IMG/VR virus record: IMGVR_UViG_3300018073_000009
Coordinates: 1 to 43,056 of that record
Reading direction: 5' to 3' (one strand)
DNA: 43,056 nt
Source of the DNA: a virus
Taxonomy: Duplodnaviria; Caudoviricetes
The notes beneath the pieces were generated by a model. It saw nothing but the letters and a program-made list of their open reading frames with translations. It did not search any database and was not told the origin of the DNA. Position 1 is the stretch's first letter, and each line of letters starts with the position of its first letter. Both the position numbers and the translations under genes were made by a program. Below are positions 36,128 to 43,056 of the stretch, one piece after another.

Positions 36128-36375
36128 AGCCAGGTGTGATCGACCCCGTACAGCAACAGCAGTTTGCTGGCGTGGCGCGGATCGAGCCTTCGCTCGCCGT
36201 TCTCGATTTTTGAGACCGAACTGATCGTGATGTCGAGTATGTCGGCCAGCTGCTGGCCGGTAAGCGTATACGCTTTGCGCACCAGGCGGCCGCGCCGGCC
36301 GACAGCCTTGTCGCTGTCGTCAAAAATCGTCGGCGGCGGCCGCTTCGGTCTGACCATTTCAGAATTGCTAGCCAT
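36022..36375 (-). CDS. CI-like XRE-family repressor without an S24 peptidase domain
   Basis: LTGQQLADILDITISSVSKIENGERR...YGVDHTWLYCG; GAAGGA SD; divergent from cro. Confidence 0.85.
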   Translation of the reverse strand: MASNSEMVRPKRPPPTIFDDSDKAVGRRGRLVRKAYTLTGQQLADILDITISSVSKIENGERRLDPRHASKLLLLYGVDHTWLYCGYTSGLAETTLKRLEDAGRTSSSASAASSRSA

Positions 36376-36417
36376 CGCGGCGATTCCTTCTACGGACAAA
36401 AACCTCTTGCGCAGCAC

Positions 36418-36432
36418 TTGACGATTTGTCAA
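36418..36432. promoter_or_regulatory. Operator in the cI-cro intergenic region
   Basis: gcacTTGAC-GATTT-GTCAA; same palindrome and gcac flank as at 35748. Confidence 0.7.
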
Positions 36433-36468
36433 TATTAGCACCTCTGCGCCATTTAGGGAACCCTTGGC

Positions 36469-36702
36469 GTGACCACAAAACACCTGCTTACCGTTGACGC
36501 GGTTCTGGATGCCATTGGCGGGTTTCGCGCGCTGGCGGAACTCACCGGCGTGTCAACACCGCTGGTCTATGCCTGGCGCCGTGCGGGCCGCCTGCCGGCC
36601 TGGACGCTCGATCGCATCGAACGTGCCCTCAACCCGCGCGGCATCACCGTTGCGCGCAACGTCTTCGATTTCGAACCGGCACGCGCCGCCAAACGCGCGT
36701 GA
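36469..36702 (+). CDS. cro: Cro-like HTH protein
   Basis: AIGGFRALAELTGVSTPLVYAWRRAGRLP. Confidence 0.85.
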   Translation: MTTKHLLTVDAVLDAIGGFRALAELTGVSTPLVYAWRRAGRLPAWTLDRIERALNPRGITVARNVFDFEPARAAKRA

Positions 36703-36763
36703 CGACGTGGCCGTGGGCTAGCCGGCCGCTCCCTGACTGACGATCCAAACAGGAGGCGCGGCT

Positions 36764-37831
36764 ATGCCACGCGCAGGCATGGATGATCCGAAACTGCCGG
36801 CGCAGTACAGCGCAGCAAAGCGAGCCCTCGCTGTTGCGGTGAAGGTCGAGCAGGCCAAGCACGTGCATGACGTTGCGAGCACGATGGCGGTCTATGCCTA
36901 TAAGGCCAAAGATCCAGACATGGCTGGCGACGCGGCCGAGATCGTGGCGCGCGCGACCCGCGTGATCGGCGAGATCAATGACGCGGAGAAAAAGGCCGGC
37001 AAGCAGGCAAAACCAACAGGACGACCTTCAAGAAATCGGGTCCCCAAGCGACCCGATTTACCAAGTCTTGCCGATCGTGGCGTCGACAAGCATCTCGCCG
37101 ACCGCGCCCGCCGACTCTTCCGTATGATTGAGCCTGCGTTCGAGCGAGAGGTCGCGAGAGTGCGGCGGTTGGCAGCAGCGGCTGCGCAGGGCGATCGTGA
37201 GATCGTGCAGGCCGCCAAGGCCGAGCGGCATGCCAAGGCTAGGGCGCGCCGTGCAGAGCGTGAGACTGCAGTCGCTGGCAAGATCGCAGCGCTGCCCGAC
37301 AAGAGATATGGCGTAATCTACGCCGACCCGGAATGGAAGTTCGAAACCTACAACGACGAGACCGGCAAGCTCGAAGCGTCGGCGGACCTTCACTATACGA
37401 CCTCGAGTCTGGATGAGATCAAAGCGCGCGCGGTGCCCTCGATCAGCGCATCGGATTGCGTGCTGTTCCTCTGGGCAACGGTGCCGATGTTGCCGCATGC
37501 GCTCGAGGTGATGGCAGCTTGGGGTTTCGATTACGTCTCACATGTTATCTGGAAAAAGGACAAGGGCGGCACCGGCTACTGGTTTCGCAACTGGCATGAG
37601 CTGCTGCTGGTCGGTACTCGCGGCAGCATTCCTGCGCCGGCACAAGGATCACAATGGGCGTCGGTGATTGATGCACCACGCGGCCGACACAGCGAGAAGC
37701 CGGATCGGTTCTATGAGCTGATCGAGGAGTATTACCCGAACATACCGAAGATCGAATTAAACCAGCGCAAAGCGCGGCCTGGTTGGGATGGATGGGGATT
37801 CGAAGCACCTTTGTCGGAGGCGGCAGCATGA
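36764..37831 (+). CDS. MT-A70-family adenine methyltransferase
   Basis: YGVIYADPEW, CVLFLWAT, WGFDY, HSEKP, KIELN.R..RPGWDGWG. Confidence 0.88.
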   Translation: MPRAGMDDPKLPAQYSAAKRALAVAVKVEQAKHVHDVASTMAVYAYKAKDPDMAGDAAEIVARATRVIGEINDAEKKAGKQAKPTGRPSRNRVPKRPDLPSLADRGVDKHLADRARRLFRMIEPAFEREVARVRRLAAAAAQGDREIVQAAKAERHAKARARRAERETAVAGKIAALPDKRYGVIYADPEWKFETYNDETGKLEASADLHYTTSSLDEIKARAVPSISASDCVLFLWATVPMLPHALEVMAAWGFDYVSHVIWKKDKGGTGYWFRNWHELLLVGTRGSIPAPAQGSQWASVIDAPRGRHSEKPDRFYELIEEYYPNIPKIELNQRKARPGWDGWGFEAPLSEAAA

Positions 37832-38367
37832 ACCGCCCGATCGTTATCGTGCCCTATATGTGGATGCGGCAATGCTGGGCATACGGCCAGCAGACAGTTG
37901 ATGCCTACAAGGCCGGGCTAAATGAACAATCACGCGCGCTTGCAAGAAATGGCATTGAAACCAGTGTTCAAGTTCAGACTATGGGACGTGTTGCCGAAGT
38001 TGCGGTTTGTCTGTGGGCCAGGCTTGATCCGTTCGCTGTGCTGAATTGGGGAAATATCTGCGATGCCGGATTTGATCTCGTGCTGGCAGGTTTTAAGTTC
38101 GACATAAAAGCCAGTCGAGGCGGTGCTCAATATCTGATCTGGCCGATTACTAAAAACCACCTGTTCAATATAAAGTCATTCGATGTGTTGGCGTTGGTGC
38201 GCGTTGATGATGCGCGCTGTGAACTTGTTGGTTGGATCGACAAGGAAATCTTCCGCATTCATCACGATGTTGCGCCCGACGGGCACAAGCTTCAGCCGGG
38301 CACCTGGTTCATGCATGAATCGCGGCTCTATCCATTTAATCGTGATGCCTGGAGCATAGCGGCGTGA
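37828..38367 (+). CDS. Putative PD-(D/E)xK restriction-endonuclease-fold protein
   Basis: GRVAE...DAGFDL...FDIKAS; ATGA-coupled to MT-A70; lower GC. Confidence 0.5.
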   Translation: MNRPIVIVPYMWMRQCWAYGQQTVDAYKAGLNEQSRALARNGIETSVQVQTMGRVAEVAVCLWARLDPFAVLNWGNICDAGFDLVLAGFKFDIKASRGGAQYLIWPITKNHLFNIKSFDVLALVRVDDARCELVGWIDKEIFRIHHDVAPDGHKLQPGTWFMHESRLYPFNRDAWSIAA

Positions 38368-38564
38368 CTGATGATGATTACAACGCCGAAGATGATTTCA
38401 GTCGTTCGATCGACGAGTGTTACCGCGTGATCCGTGAGCGTGTGGCGCACGGTGGGCCGACCTGGGAGCCACAAATACCGAAATTCGTGAAGGTTGATGA
38501 ATGGCAGAACTCCCTGTCCTGCCGCTCAAAACTGATGCCCTCATTGCGGACACGACGCACATGA
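38364..38564 (+). CDS. Hypothetical protein
   Basis: GTGA overlap; DYNAEDDFSRSIDECYRVIRERV. Confidence 0.55.
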   Translation: MTDDDYNAEDDFSRSIDECYRVIRERVAHGGPTWEPQIPKFVKVDEWQNSLSCRSKLMPSLRTRRT

Positions 38565-38854
38565 CGGCGGAGGAGATGGGCGTTTATGTCCGGCTGCTGG
38601 TTGCCATGTGGCGGCATGGTGCGAGGCTCCCGGACGATCCGCGGGAGCTGGCGCGGATAGGCGGCGTGTCGCTCAAGCGATGGAACAAAATCAAGGAACC
38701 GGTGCTGCGGCCGATGACGGCAATCGGCGGTTTTTTGACTCAGAAGCGGCTCTCTCAAACGTATTTGACGGTGCAAAAAGTGCGTCGGCTCCGAGCGGTC
38801 GCAGCGTTGAAAAGATGGGAGAAACCCAGAGCACATGGATATGCAAAACAATAG
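38501..38854 (+). CDS. YdaU/DUF1376-family replication initiator (short, possibly frameshifted)
   Basis: DALIADTTHMTAEEMGVYVRLLVAMW...LPDD..LARI. Confidence 0.8.
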   Translation: MAELPVLPLKTDALIADTTHMTAEEMGVYVRLLVAMWRHGARLPDDPRELARIGGVSLKRWNKIKEPVLRPMTAIGGFLTQKRLSQTYLTVQKVRRLRAVAALKRWEKPRAHGYAKQ

Positions 38855-38971
38855 CAAGCCTATGCATATGCAAAACGGGCCTTTTGCATATGCTAACCAA
38901 ATAAGAAGAAAGATAACTTCTACTGAGTATGTAGCTCCGCGCGAGGAACTCCTGTGGATTAGTGTGGATAA
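38839..38971. other. Putative replication origin
   Basis: ATATGCAAAAC direct repeats; perfect 12 bp inverted repeat gcatatgcaaaa-N6-ttttgcatatgc; A-rich tract; DnaA boxes TGTGGATTA (38953) and TGTGGATAA (38963). Confidence 0.65.
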
Positions 38972-39028
38972 GCCCAAAAACGAAGCCTAAAAGGGGTTGG
39001 CCGATAAAAGCAGCAGGAACACACCGAG

Positions 39029-39139
39029 ATGCCCGAAGACCGGCGCCTGATGTGGATCTGCGTCATCGTGGCGACCACGTGCATCGTCGTGCTATACGTT
39101 TTGCTGCATTTTCCGCGCTGGATCGGGATCACCCCATGA
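39029..39139 (+). CDS. 36 aa single-TM peptide (not in ORF track)
   Basis: MPEDRRLMWICVIVATTCIVVLYVLLHFPRWIGITP; AGGA SD; ATGA overlap with the next gene. Confidence 0.5.
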   Translation: MPEDRRLMWICVIVATTCIVVLYVLLHFPRWIGITP

Positions 39140-39765
39140 GCCGCAGCCAGGCCACATTCGCCAAAATGCAGCGCGAAATCCGCAAGGCCGAGGCCGTCGC
39201 CCACGAAGCCAACCTGAAAAAACTGCGTGCGCAGGAAATCACCGGACCCGTACAAGATACAGGAACGGGACAAACTATCCTGAAGTTGCAACGGCATCAG
39301 CCGCCATTGCGGACGCTCGTGGAAGCGAAAAAAATAGGTGCGGTCGAACTAGCCGCTGCCGAGCAAATCGCACAGGCGGTCACGGCTGTTTGTTCTAGAG
39401 GCCATCTAGCGGCGGCCATGCTCGAGCGCATCGCTCACGGTCGCCAGGGCGACAATCCGTGGCCGGCCGAAATCGCCATCGCTGTACGTAATTACCAACA
39501 GTGGCAGAACCACTGGTCGGATGAATGGAAGCGTACCCGCAACCCGATGATGCAGGTGGTCTGGTCAGCGGTGATCGACGAACACCCGATCTCGGTCATC
39601 GCCAACGATATCGGGCACGGCAGAACCCGAACCGCACGCGCCATCGTCTGCGGTATTCGCCATTACGCGGCCTGGGCCAACATGGTGGTCGGAATCCAGC
39701 GCGCCGGATGGATCGCAGCAGCACAACAGGTATTCGACCGGACGGCCGCTGCTACCAGTAATTGA
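39136..39765 (+). CDS. Putative late-gene regulator (Q position; C-terminal HTH-like)
   Basis: Last early-right gene; PISVIANDIGHGRTRTARAI helix-turn-helix-like; followed by a promoter-terminator leader. Confidence 0.5.
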   Translation: MSRSQATFAKMQREIRKAEAVAHEANLKKLRAQEITGPVQDTGTGQTILKLQRHQPPLRTLVEAKKIGAVELAAAEQIAQAVTAVCSRGHLAAAMLERIAHGRQGDNPWPAEIAIAVRNYQQWQNHWSDEWKRTRNPMMQVVWSAVIDEHPISVIANDIGHGRTRTARAIVCGIRHYAAWANMVVGIQRAGWIAAAQQVFDRTAAATSN

Positions 39766-39875
39766 CAGACTGCACAGTTCCATGCACTTCTGTGGTAGGT
39801 GCGATTTGCGCGTCCAGCGCAGATTGCCACCTAGCAGTCGGCCTTCCCCGCACTGCACCTTGCCGCAACAAGGAT
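39762..39875 (+). promoter_or_regulatory. Late promoter (pR'-like) with structured leader
   Basis: TTGACA at 39762; hairpins at 39796-39833 and ccttg-ccgcaa-caagg. Confidence 0.5.
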
Positions 39876-39912
39876 AAACGCCACCAGCCCCAACTGGTGG
39901 CGTTTTGCGTTT
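39876..39912 (+). terminator. tR'-like intrinsic terminator ahead of the late genes
   Basis: aaacgccaccag-ccccaa-ctggtggcgttt followed by tgcgttt. Confidence 0.7.
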
Positions 39913-39927
39913 AGGGAGTCATTCCCC

Positions 39928-40194
39928 ATGTCCCTCCCAGCCATCCTGCTCGGCATCATCAACATCGCCATCACGGTCGCCATCCTGCTGCTGGTAGGCG
40001 CCATCATCCTGTGGTTCTGCGGATGGATGGGCCTTGCTGTTCCTGACATGGTGCGCAAACTCTATATCGGTGTTGTTGCCCTCATCGCACTGTACATGCT
40101 GGTTGCTCTACTGCTCGGCATACCCTCGGTGCGCATCATTGGGTTTCACGGACACGCCGTCATCGGTACCCTTGCCTCGCCCTCGCCCGCCTGA
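39928..40194 (+). CDS. Small two-TM membrane protein (possible holin)
   Basis: Two long hydrophobic segments; AGGGAG SD. Confidence 0.65.
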   Translation: MSLPAILLGIINIAITVAILLLVGAIILWFCGWMGLAVPDMVRKLYIGVVALIALYMLVALLLGIPSVRIIGFHGHAVIGTLASPSPA

Positions 40195-40227
40195 GCTAGA
40201 TCAACCATCCATCTGTGTAGGGTGCTG

Positions 40228-40596
40228 ATGCCTAAGAGGCTGCGCGATCTCACCCCGGTCATACGCACGATTGATACGCGCACGACACCACTACCACCAA
40301 GGTTCGATCAATACGCCAATAGCCGAAAGGCCAAAATTAAAAATCCTATCTATGACACACCCGAGTTTCGTGCATGGCGCACTGCAGTGGTGAGCCGTGC
40401 ACATGGTAGGTGCCAGGCCGTTGATGAGTATGGCAACCAATGCAGTAAGGCACGCCCAGCACATCGCATGTATGCAGACCACATCATCGAGTTGCGTGAT
40501 GGTGGGTCACTGCTTGATCTCAACAATGGGCAGTGCCTTTGCTCATCTCATCATGAGATCAAGACTATAATTGCTCGACGCCGAAGACGAGGCTGA
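40228..40596 (+). CDS. HNH endonuclease (HK97 gp74-like terminase cofactor)
   Basis: CQ...C...ADHIIELRDGG..LNNGQCLCSSHHEIKT; precedes the terminase genes. Confidence 0.88.
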   Translation: MPKRLRDLTPVIRTIDTRTTPLPPRFDQYANSRKAKIKNPIYDTPEFRAWRTAVVSRAHGRCQAVDEYGNQCSKARPAHRMYADHIIELRDGGSLLDLNNGQCLCSSHHEIKTIIARRRRRG

Positions 40597-40670
40597 CCGG
40601 GGGGGTACAAAAGTGTTGAAACCGCCGATGTATCCCCGCACGCTATCGCCCCATTCGGAGAATTTTTTCA
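40597..40670 (+). other. Probable cos (packaging) region
   Basis: Intergenic G7 run, aaaagt, C-rich segment and gaatttttt directly after the HNH gene, the usual layout in HK97-like cos phages. Confidence 0.5.
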
Positions 40671-40679
40671 TAGGACGCT

Positions 40680-41870
40680 ATGACAGCCTTACACCTTCCC
40701 ATTGAAAGCTGGCCTACCGATAAACCGCGGCCCTATCCGCACAATCCGCGCAAGATCAGCGATGTGGCGATCGGCAAGGTTGCGGCGTCGATCCGTGAGT
40801 TCGGATTTCGTCAGCCGATCGTAGTCGATGGTGATGGCGTGGTTATTGCGGGACACACCCGGCTGGCGGCGGCATCATCGCTGGGTCTTGCCGAGGTGCC
40901 GGTGCATATCGCGCGGGATCTGACGGCGGTCCAGGCGCGGGCGTATCGGCTGGCGGACAATCGCTCGGGGCAAGAGGCCGAGTGGGACAACGATCTGCTG
41001 CGCGATGAGCTGGCGGCGTTGGCTGGGCTCAACATCGATCTAAGTTTGACGGCGTTCGACCCGGATGAAATCGCGGGATTATCCGGTCACCAGGGGCTGA
41101 CCGATCCGGACGACGTGCCCGAGGCGCCTGCGATCCCGATCACGCAGCGGGGCGATGTGTGGCAGCTCGGCGGCCACCGGCTGGTGTGCGGTGATGCGAC
41201 GAATGCCGATGATGTGGCGCGTGCGCTCAGCGGTGTGCAGCCTAACCTGATGGTGACCGACCCGCCTTATGGCGTCGAGTATGACGCAACACATCGTCGA
41301 GCATTGCAGTCAGTCAACAGTCATCCGGCACAAGGCAAGGTGACTAACGACAACCGCACCGACTGGCGTGAAGCCTGGATCTTGTTTCCTGGTGATGTTG
41401 CGTACTGTTGGCATGCCGGTCTGCATGCCAACAGTACGCAACAGGCTCTTGAGGCATGTGGGTTTAGCATTCGCACTCAAATCATTTGGGCAAAATCGAA
41501 ATTTGTTATTGGGCGCGGGCACTATCACGTTCAGCATGAACCTTGCTGGTACGCAGTTCGCAATTCCGGTCATTGGCAAGGCGACCGGACACAATCAACA
41601 CTTTGGTCAATTGAACATCGCAAATCTGAAACAGGTCATTCGACGCAAAAGCCTGTCGAGTGCATGAAGCGTCCGATCGAGAACAACTCCTCGCCCGGCC
41701 AGGCGGTCTACGATCCGTTTGTCGGCTCGGGCACGACGATCATCGCCGCGGAGATGACCGGGCGCGTTTGTCATGCGCTGGAGATCGCGCCGGCGTATTG
41801 CGATGTGACGGTCGAGCGGTGGCAGAATTTCACCGGGCGCAAGGCGGAGCGGCATGCGGCTGCCGTCTGA
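40680..41870 (+). CDS. ParB-N domain fused to an N6/N4 DNA methyltransferase
   Basis: PYPHNPR..SIREFGFRQPIVV..IAGHTR..AYRLADN; TDPPY; HSTQKP; YDPFVGSGTT. Confidence 0.9.
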   Translation: MTALHLPIESWPTDKPRPYPHNPRKISDVAIGKVAASIREFGFRQPIVVDGDGVVIAGHTRLAAASSLGLAEVPVHIARDLTAVQARAYRLADNRSGQEAEWDNDLLRDELAALAGLNIDLSLTAFDPDEIAGLSGHQGLTDPDDVPEAPAIPITQRGDVWQLGGHRLVCGDATNADDVARALSGVQPNLMVTDPPYGVEYDATHRRALQSVNSHPAQGKVTNDNRTDWREAWILFPGDVAYCWHAGLHANSTQQALEACGFSIRTQIIWAKSKFVIGRGHYHVQHEPCWYAVRNSGHWQGDRTQSTLWSIEHRKSETGHSTQKPVECMKRPIENNSSPGQAVYDPFVGSGTTIIAAEMTGRVCHALEIAPAYCDVTVERWQNFTGRKAERHAAAV

Positions 41871-42018
41871 TGCGACGTTTCGTTATGTGCGACTCGATCG
41901 GCTCGACGAGTTCATGCTGCTCGGCTGGCTGCCGGTGTCGGAACTAGGTCCGGTACACGGCTATTATTCATTGCTCGCAGCCTGGATCTGCGGGTGTCCG
42001 ATGCGAGTGCCAGGTTAG
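41854..42018 (+). CDS. 54 aa hypothetical protein (not in ORF track)
   Basis: GGAG SD; MRLPSDATFRYVRLDRLDEFMLLGW...HGYYSLLAAWICGCP fills the gap between the MTase and TerS. Confidence 0.55.
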   Translation: MRLPSDATFRYVRLDRLDEFMLLGWLPVSELGPVHGYYSLLAAWICGCPMRVPG

Positions 42019-42026
42019 GATCATCC

Positions 42027-42422
42027 ATGCAGGGCAAAAAATTTGATCCGGACGAACAAACCCTCAAGACCATCGAGGGATTGGCTAAGATCCAATGCAC
42101 GCAACAAGAGGCCGCGGCAGTCCTCGGCATAACGAAGAAGACCTTTATCGAGTTGATCAAGCGCGATCCGCTTGCATGTGAGAAATGGGAGAACGGCCAA
42201 CAGAGTGGCAAAGCATCACTGCGTCGTAGCCAGTTCAAGATGGCAGAGACGAATGCCGCAATGGCGATCTGGCTCGGTAAGCAATACCTCGGGCAGCGCG
42301 AGCCGGTGCGGCTGTTTGACGGCGATGACGCCGGACAGGTAGTGCTCGGCAAGAAGGAACAGGCGCAGGTTGCCGCCGAACAGGCGCATAAAGGAAGCAC
42401 GTGGAGCAGCCTGGTTCAGTAG
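42027..42422 (+). CDS. terS: Terminase small subunit
   Basis: HTH CTQQEAAAVLGI; GKASLRRSQF; AMAIWLGKQYLGQ; directly upstream of TerL. Confidence 0.8.
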   Translation: MQGKKFDPDEQTLKTIEGLAKIQCTQQEAAAVLGITKKTFIELIKRDPLACEKWENGQQSGKASLRRSQFKMAETNAAMAIWLGKQYLGQREPVRLFDGDDAGQVVLGKKEQAQVAAEQAHKGSTWSSLVQ

Positions 42423-43056
42423 GCTGGCGGTTTGCCTGTCCGGACTGGCAGGAGCGGCTGAAGGAAGGACGATCGCTCGTTCCCGATCTTCCACTGGACG
42501 AGGCTGCGGCGAACAGGGCAGTCGATATATTCAACATGCTGCGGCTACCGGATGTCGTCGGTCAGCCGCCTCTGGCCGAGGCTGCGGGTGAGTGGCATCG
42601 CGACATCGTGCGCGCGGTGTTCGGCTCGCTCGACAAGAAAGGCCACCGCAAGGTGCCTGAGTTGTTCGCGCTGGTGCCGAAGAAAAACGCGAAGACGACT
42701 GGCGGCGCTGCAATCATGCTGACGGCATTGCTGCTGAATAGGCGGCCGCGGGCTGAGTTTCTGTTTGTCGGGCCAACGCAGGAGGTGGCTGATCTTGCGT
42801 TTCAGCAGGCGGCCGGGATGATTGATGCTGATCCGGAAGGCTATCTGCAGAAGCGGTTTCTATTGCAGGAGCACATCAAGACCATCACCGATCGGCTCAC
42901 CAAGTCGAAACTCAAGATCAAGACCTTCGACATGAAGGTTATGACCGGCGCGAAACCGGTGGGAGTGTTGGTCGACGAACTGCATCTCATGTCGAGCATG
43001 TCGTATGCGATGCGGGTGGTCGGGCAGATTCGTGGCGGCATGATCGCCAATCCTGA
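42401..43056 (+). CDS. terL: Terminase large subunit, N-terminal part (GTG start)
   Basis: FACPDWQERL, Walker A VPKKNAKTT; in frame with ORF 8..1159 through the terminal repeat. Confidence 0.92.
   Translation, partial: MEQPGSVGWRFACPDWQERLKEGRSLVPDLPLDEAAANRAVDIFNMLRLPDVVGQPPLAEAAGEWHRDIVRAVFGSLDKKGHRKVPELFALVPKKNAKTTGGAAIMLTALLLNRRPRAEFLFVGPTQEVADLAFQQAAGMIDADPEGYLQKRFLLQEHIKTITDRLTKSKLKIKTFDMKVMTGAKPVGVLVDELHLMSSMSYAMRVVGQIRGGMIANP
42934..43056. repeat. Terminal direct repeat, copy 2
   Basis: Identical to 1-123. Confidence 0.97.

Larger units (their letters stand above)
1..43056. mobile_element. Complete temperate siphovirus genome (HK97-like head, long non-contractile tail, serine integrase), circularly permuted
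   Basis: Packaging, head, tail, lysis, integration, recombination, immunity and replication modules all present; no host genes; ends overlap by 123 bp and TerL reads through the junction. Confidence 0.95.

Noticed and set aside
38962-39135. 5' extension of the 267 aa ORF
   Set aside because: Better explained by origin sequence, a 36 aa peptide and an ATGA-coupled start at 39136
40680-41100. Plasmid-like ParAB partition system
   Set aside because: ParB-N is fused to a methylase, a common arrangement next to terminase genes; no ParA present

Overview
The window is an apparently complete, circularly permuted genome (42,933 bp unique; bases 1-123 repeat at 42934-43056) of a temperate HK97-like siphovirus. 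The host is probably a Hyphomicrobiales/Rhizobiales alphaproteobacterium; this is inferred from high GC, a PEP-CTERM-variant tail, CtrA-like boxes and a GH19 lysin. The + strand late operon runs HNH, ParB-N6/N4 methylase, TerS, TerL (split across the ends), moron genes, protease-capsid fusion, portal, a ~5 kb head/neck-fibre block, head-tail adaptor, a four-gene glycosyl-/methyl-transferase cassette, tail genes, tape measure, tail tip and lysis genes. The - strand early-left operon carries Gp157, ERF, small genes, a Mom-like XF1762 protein, a large serine integrase and a C5 methyltransferase. It is separated from the early-right operon (Cro, MT-A70, PD-(D/E)xK protein, DUF1376 initiator and origin) by a CI/Cro switch. 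Most notable: (1) a putative virion glycosylation/methylation cassette coupled to the neck genes; (2) a fully dual-coded C5 methyltransferase with motif IX in the alternative frame; (3) a likely attP inside the integrase 3' end; (4) host cell-cycle motifs (two CtrA boxes, tandem DnaA boxes, a parS-like site); (5) a phage-borne PEP-CTERM protein. All calls come from visual motif recognition; no database search was run.
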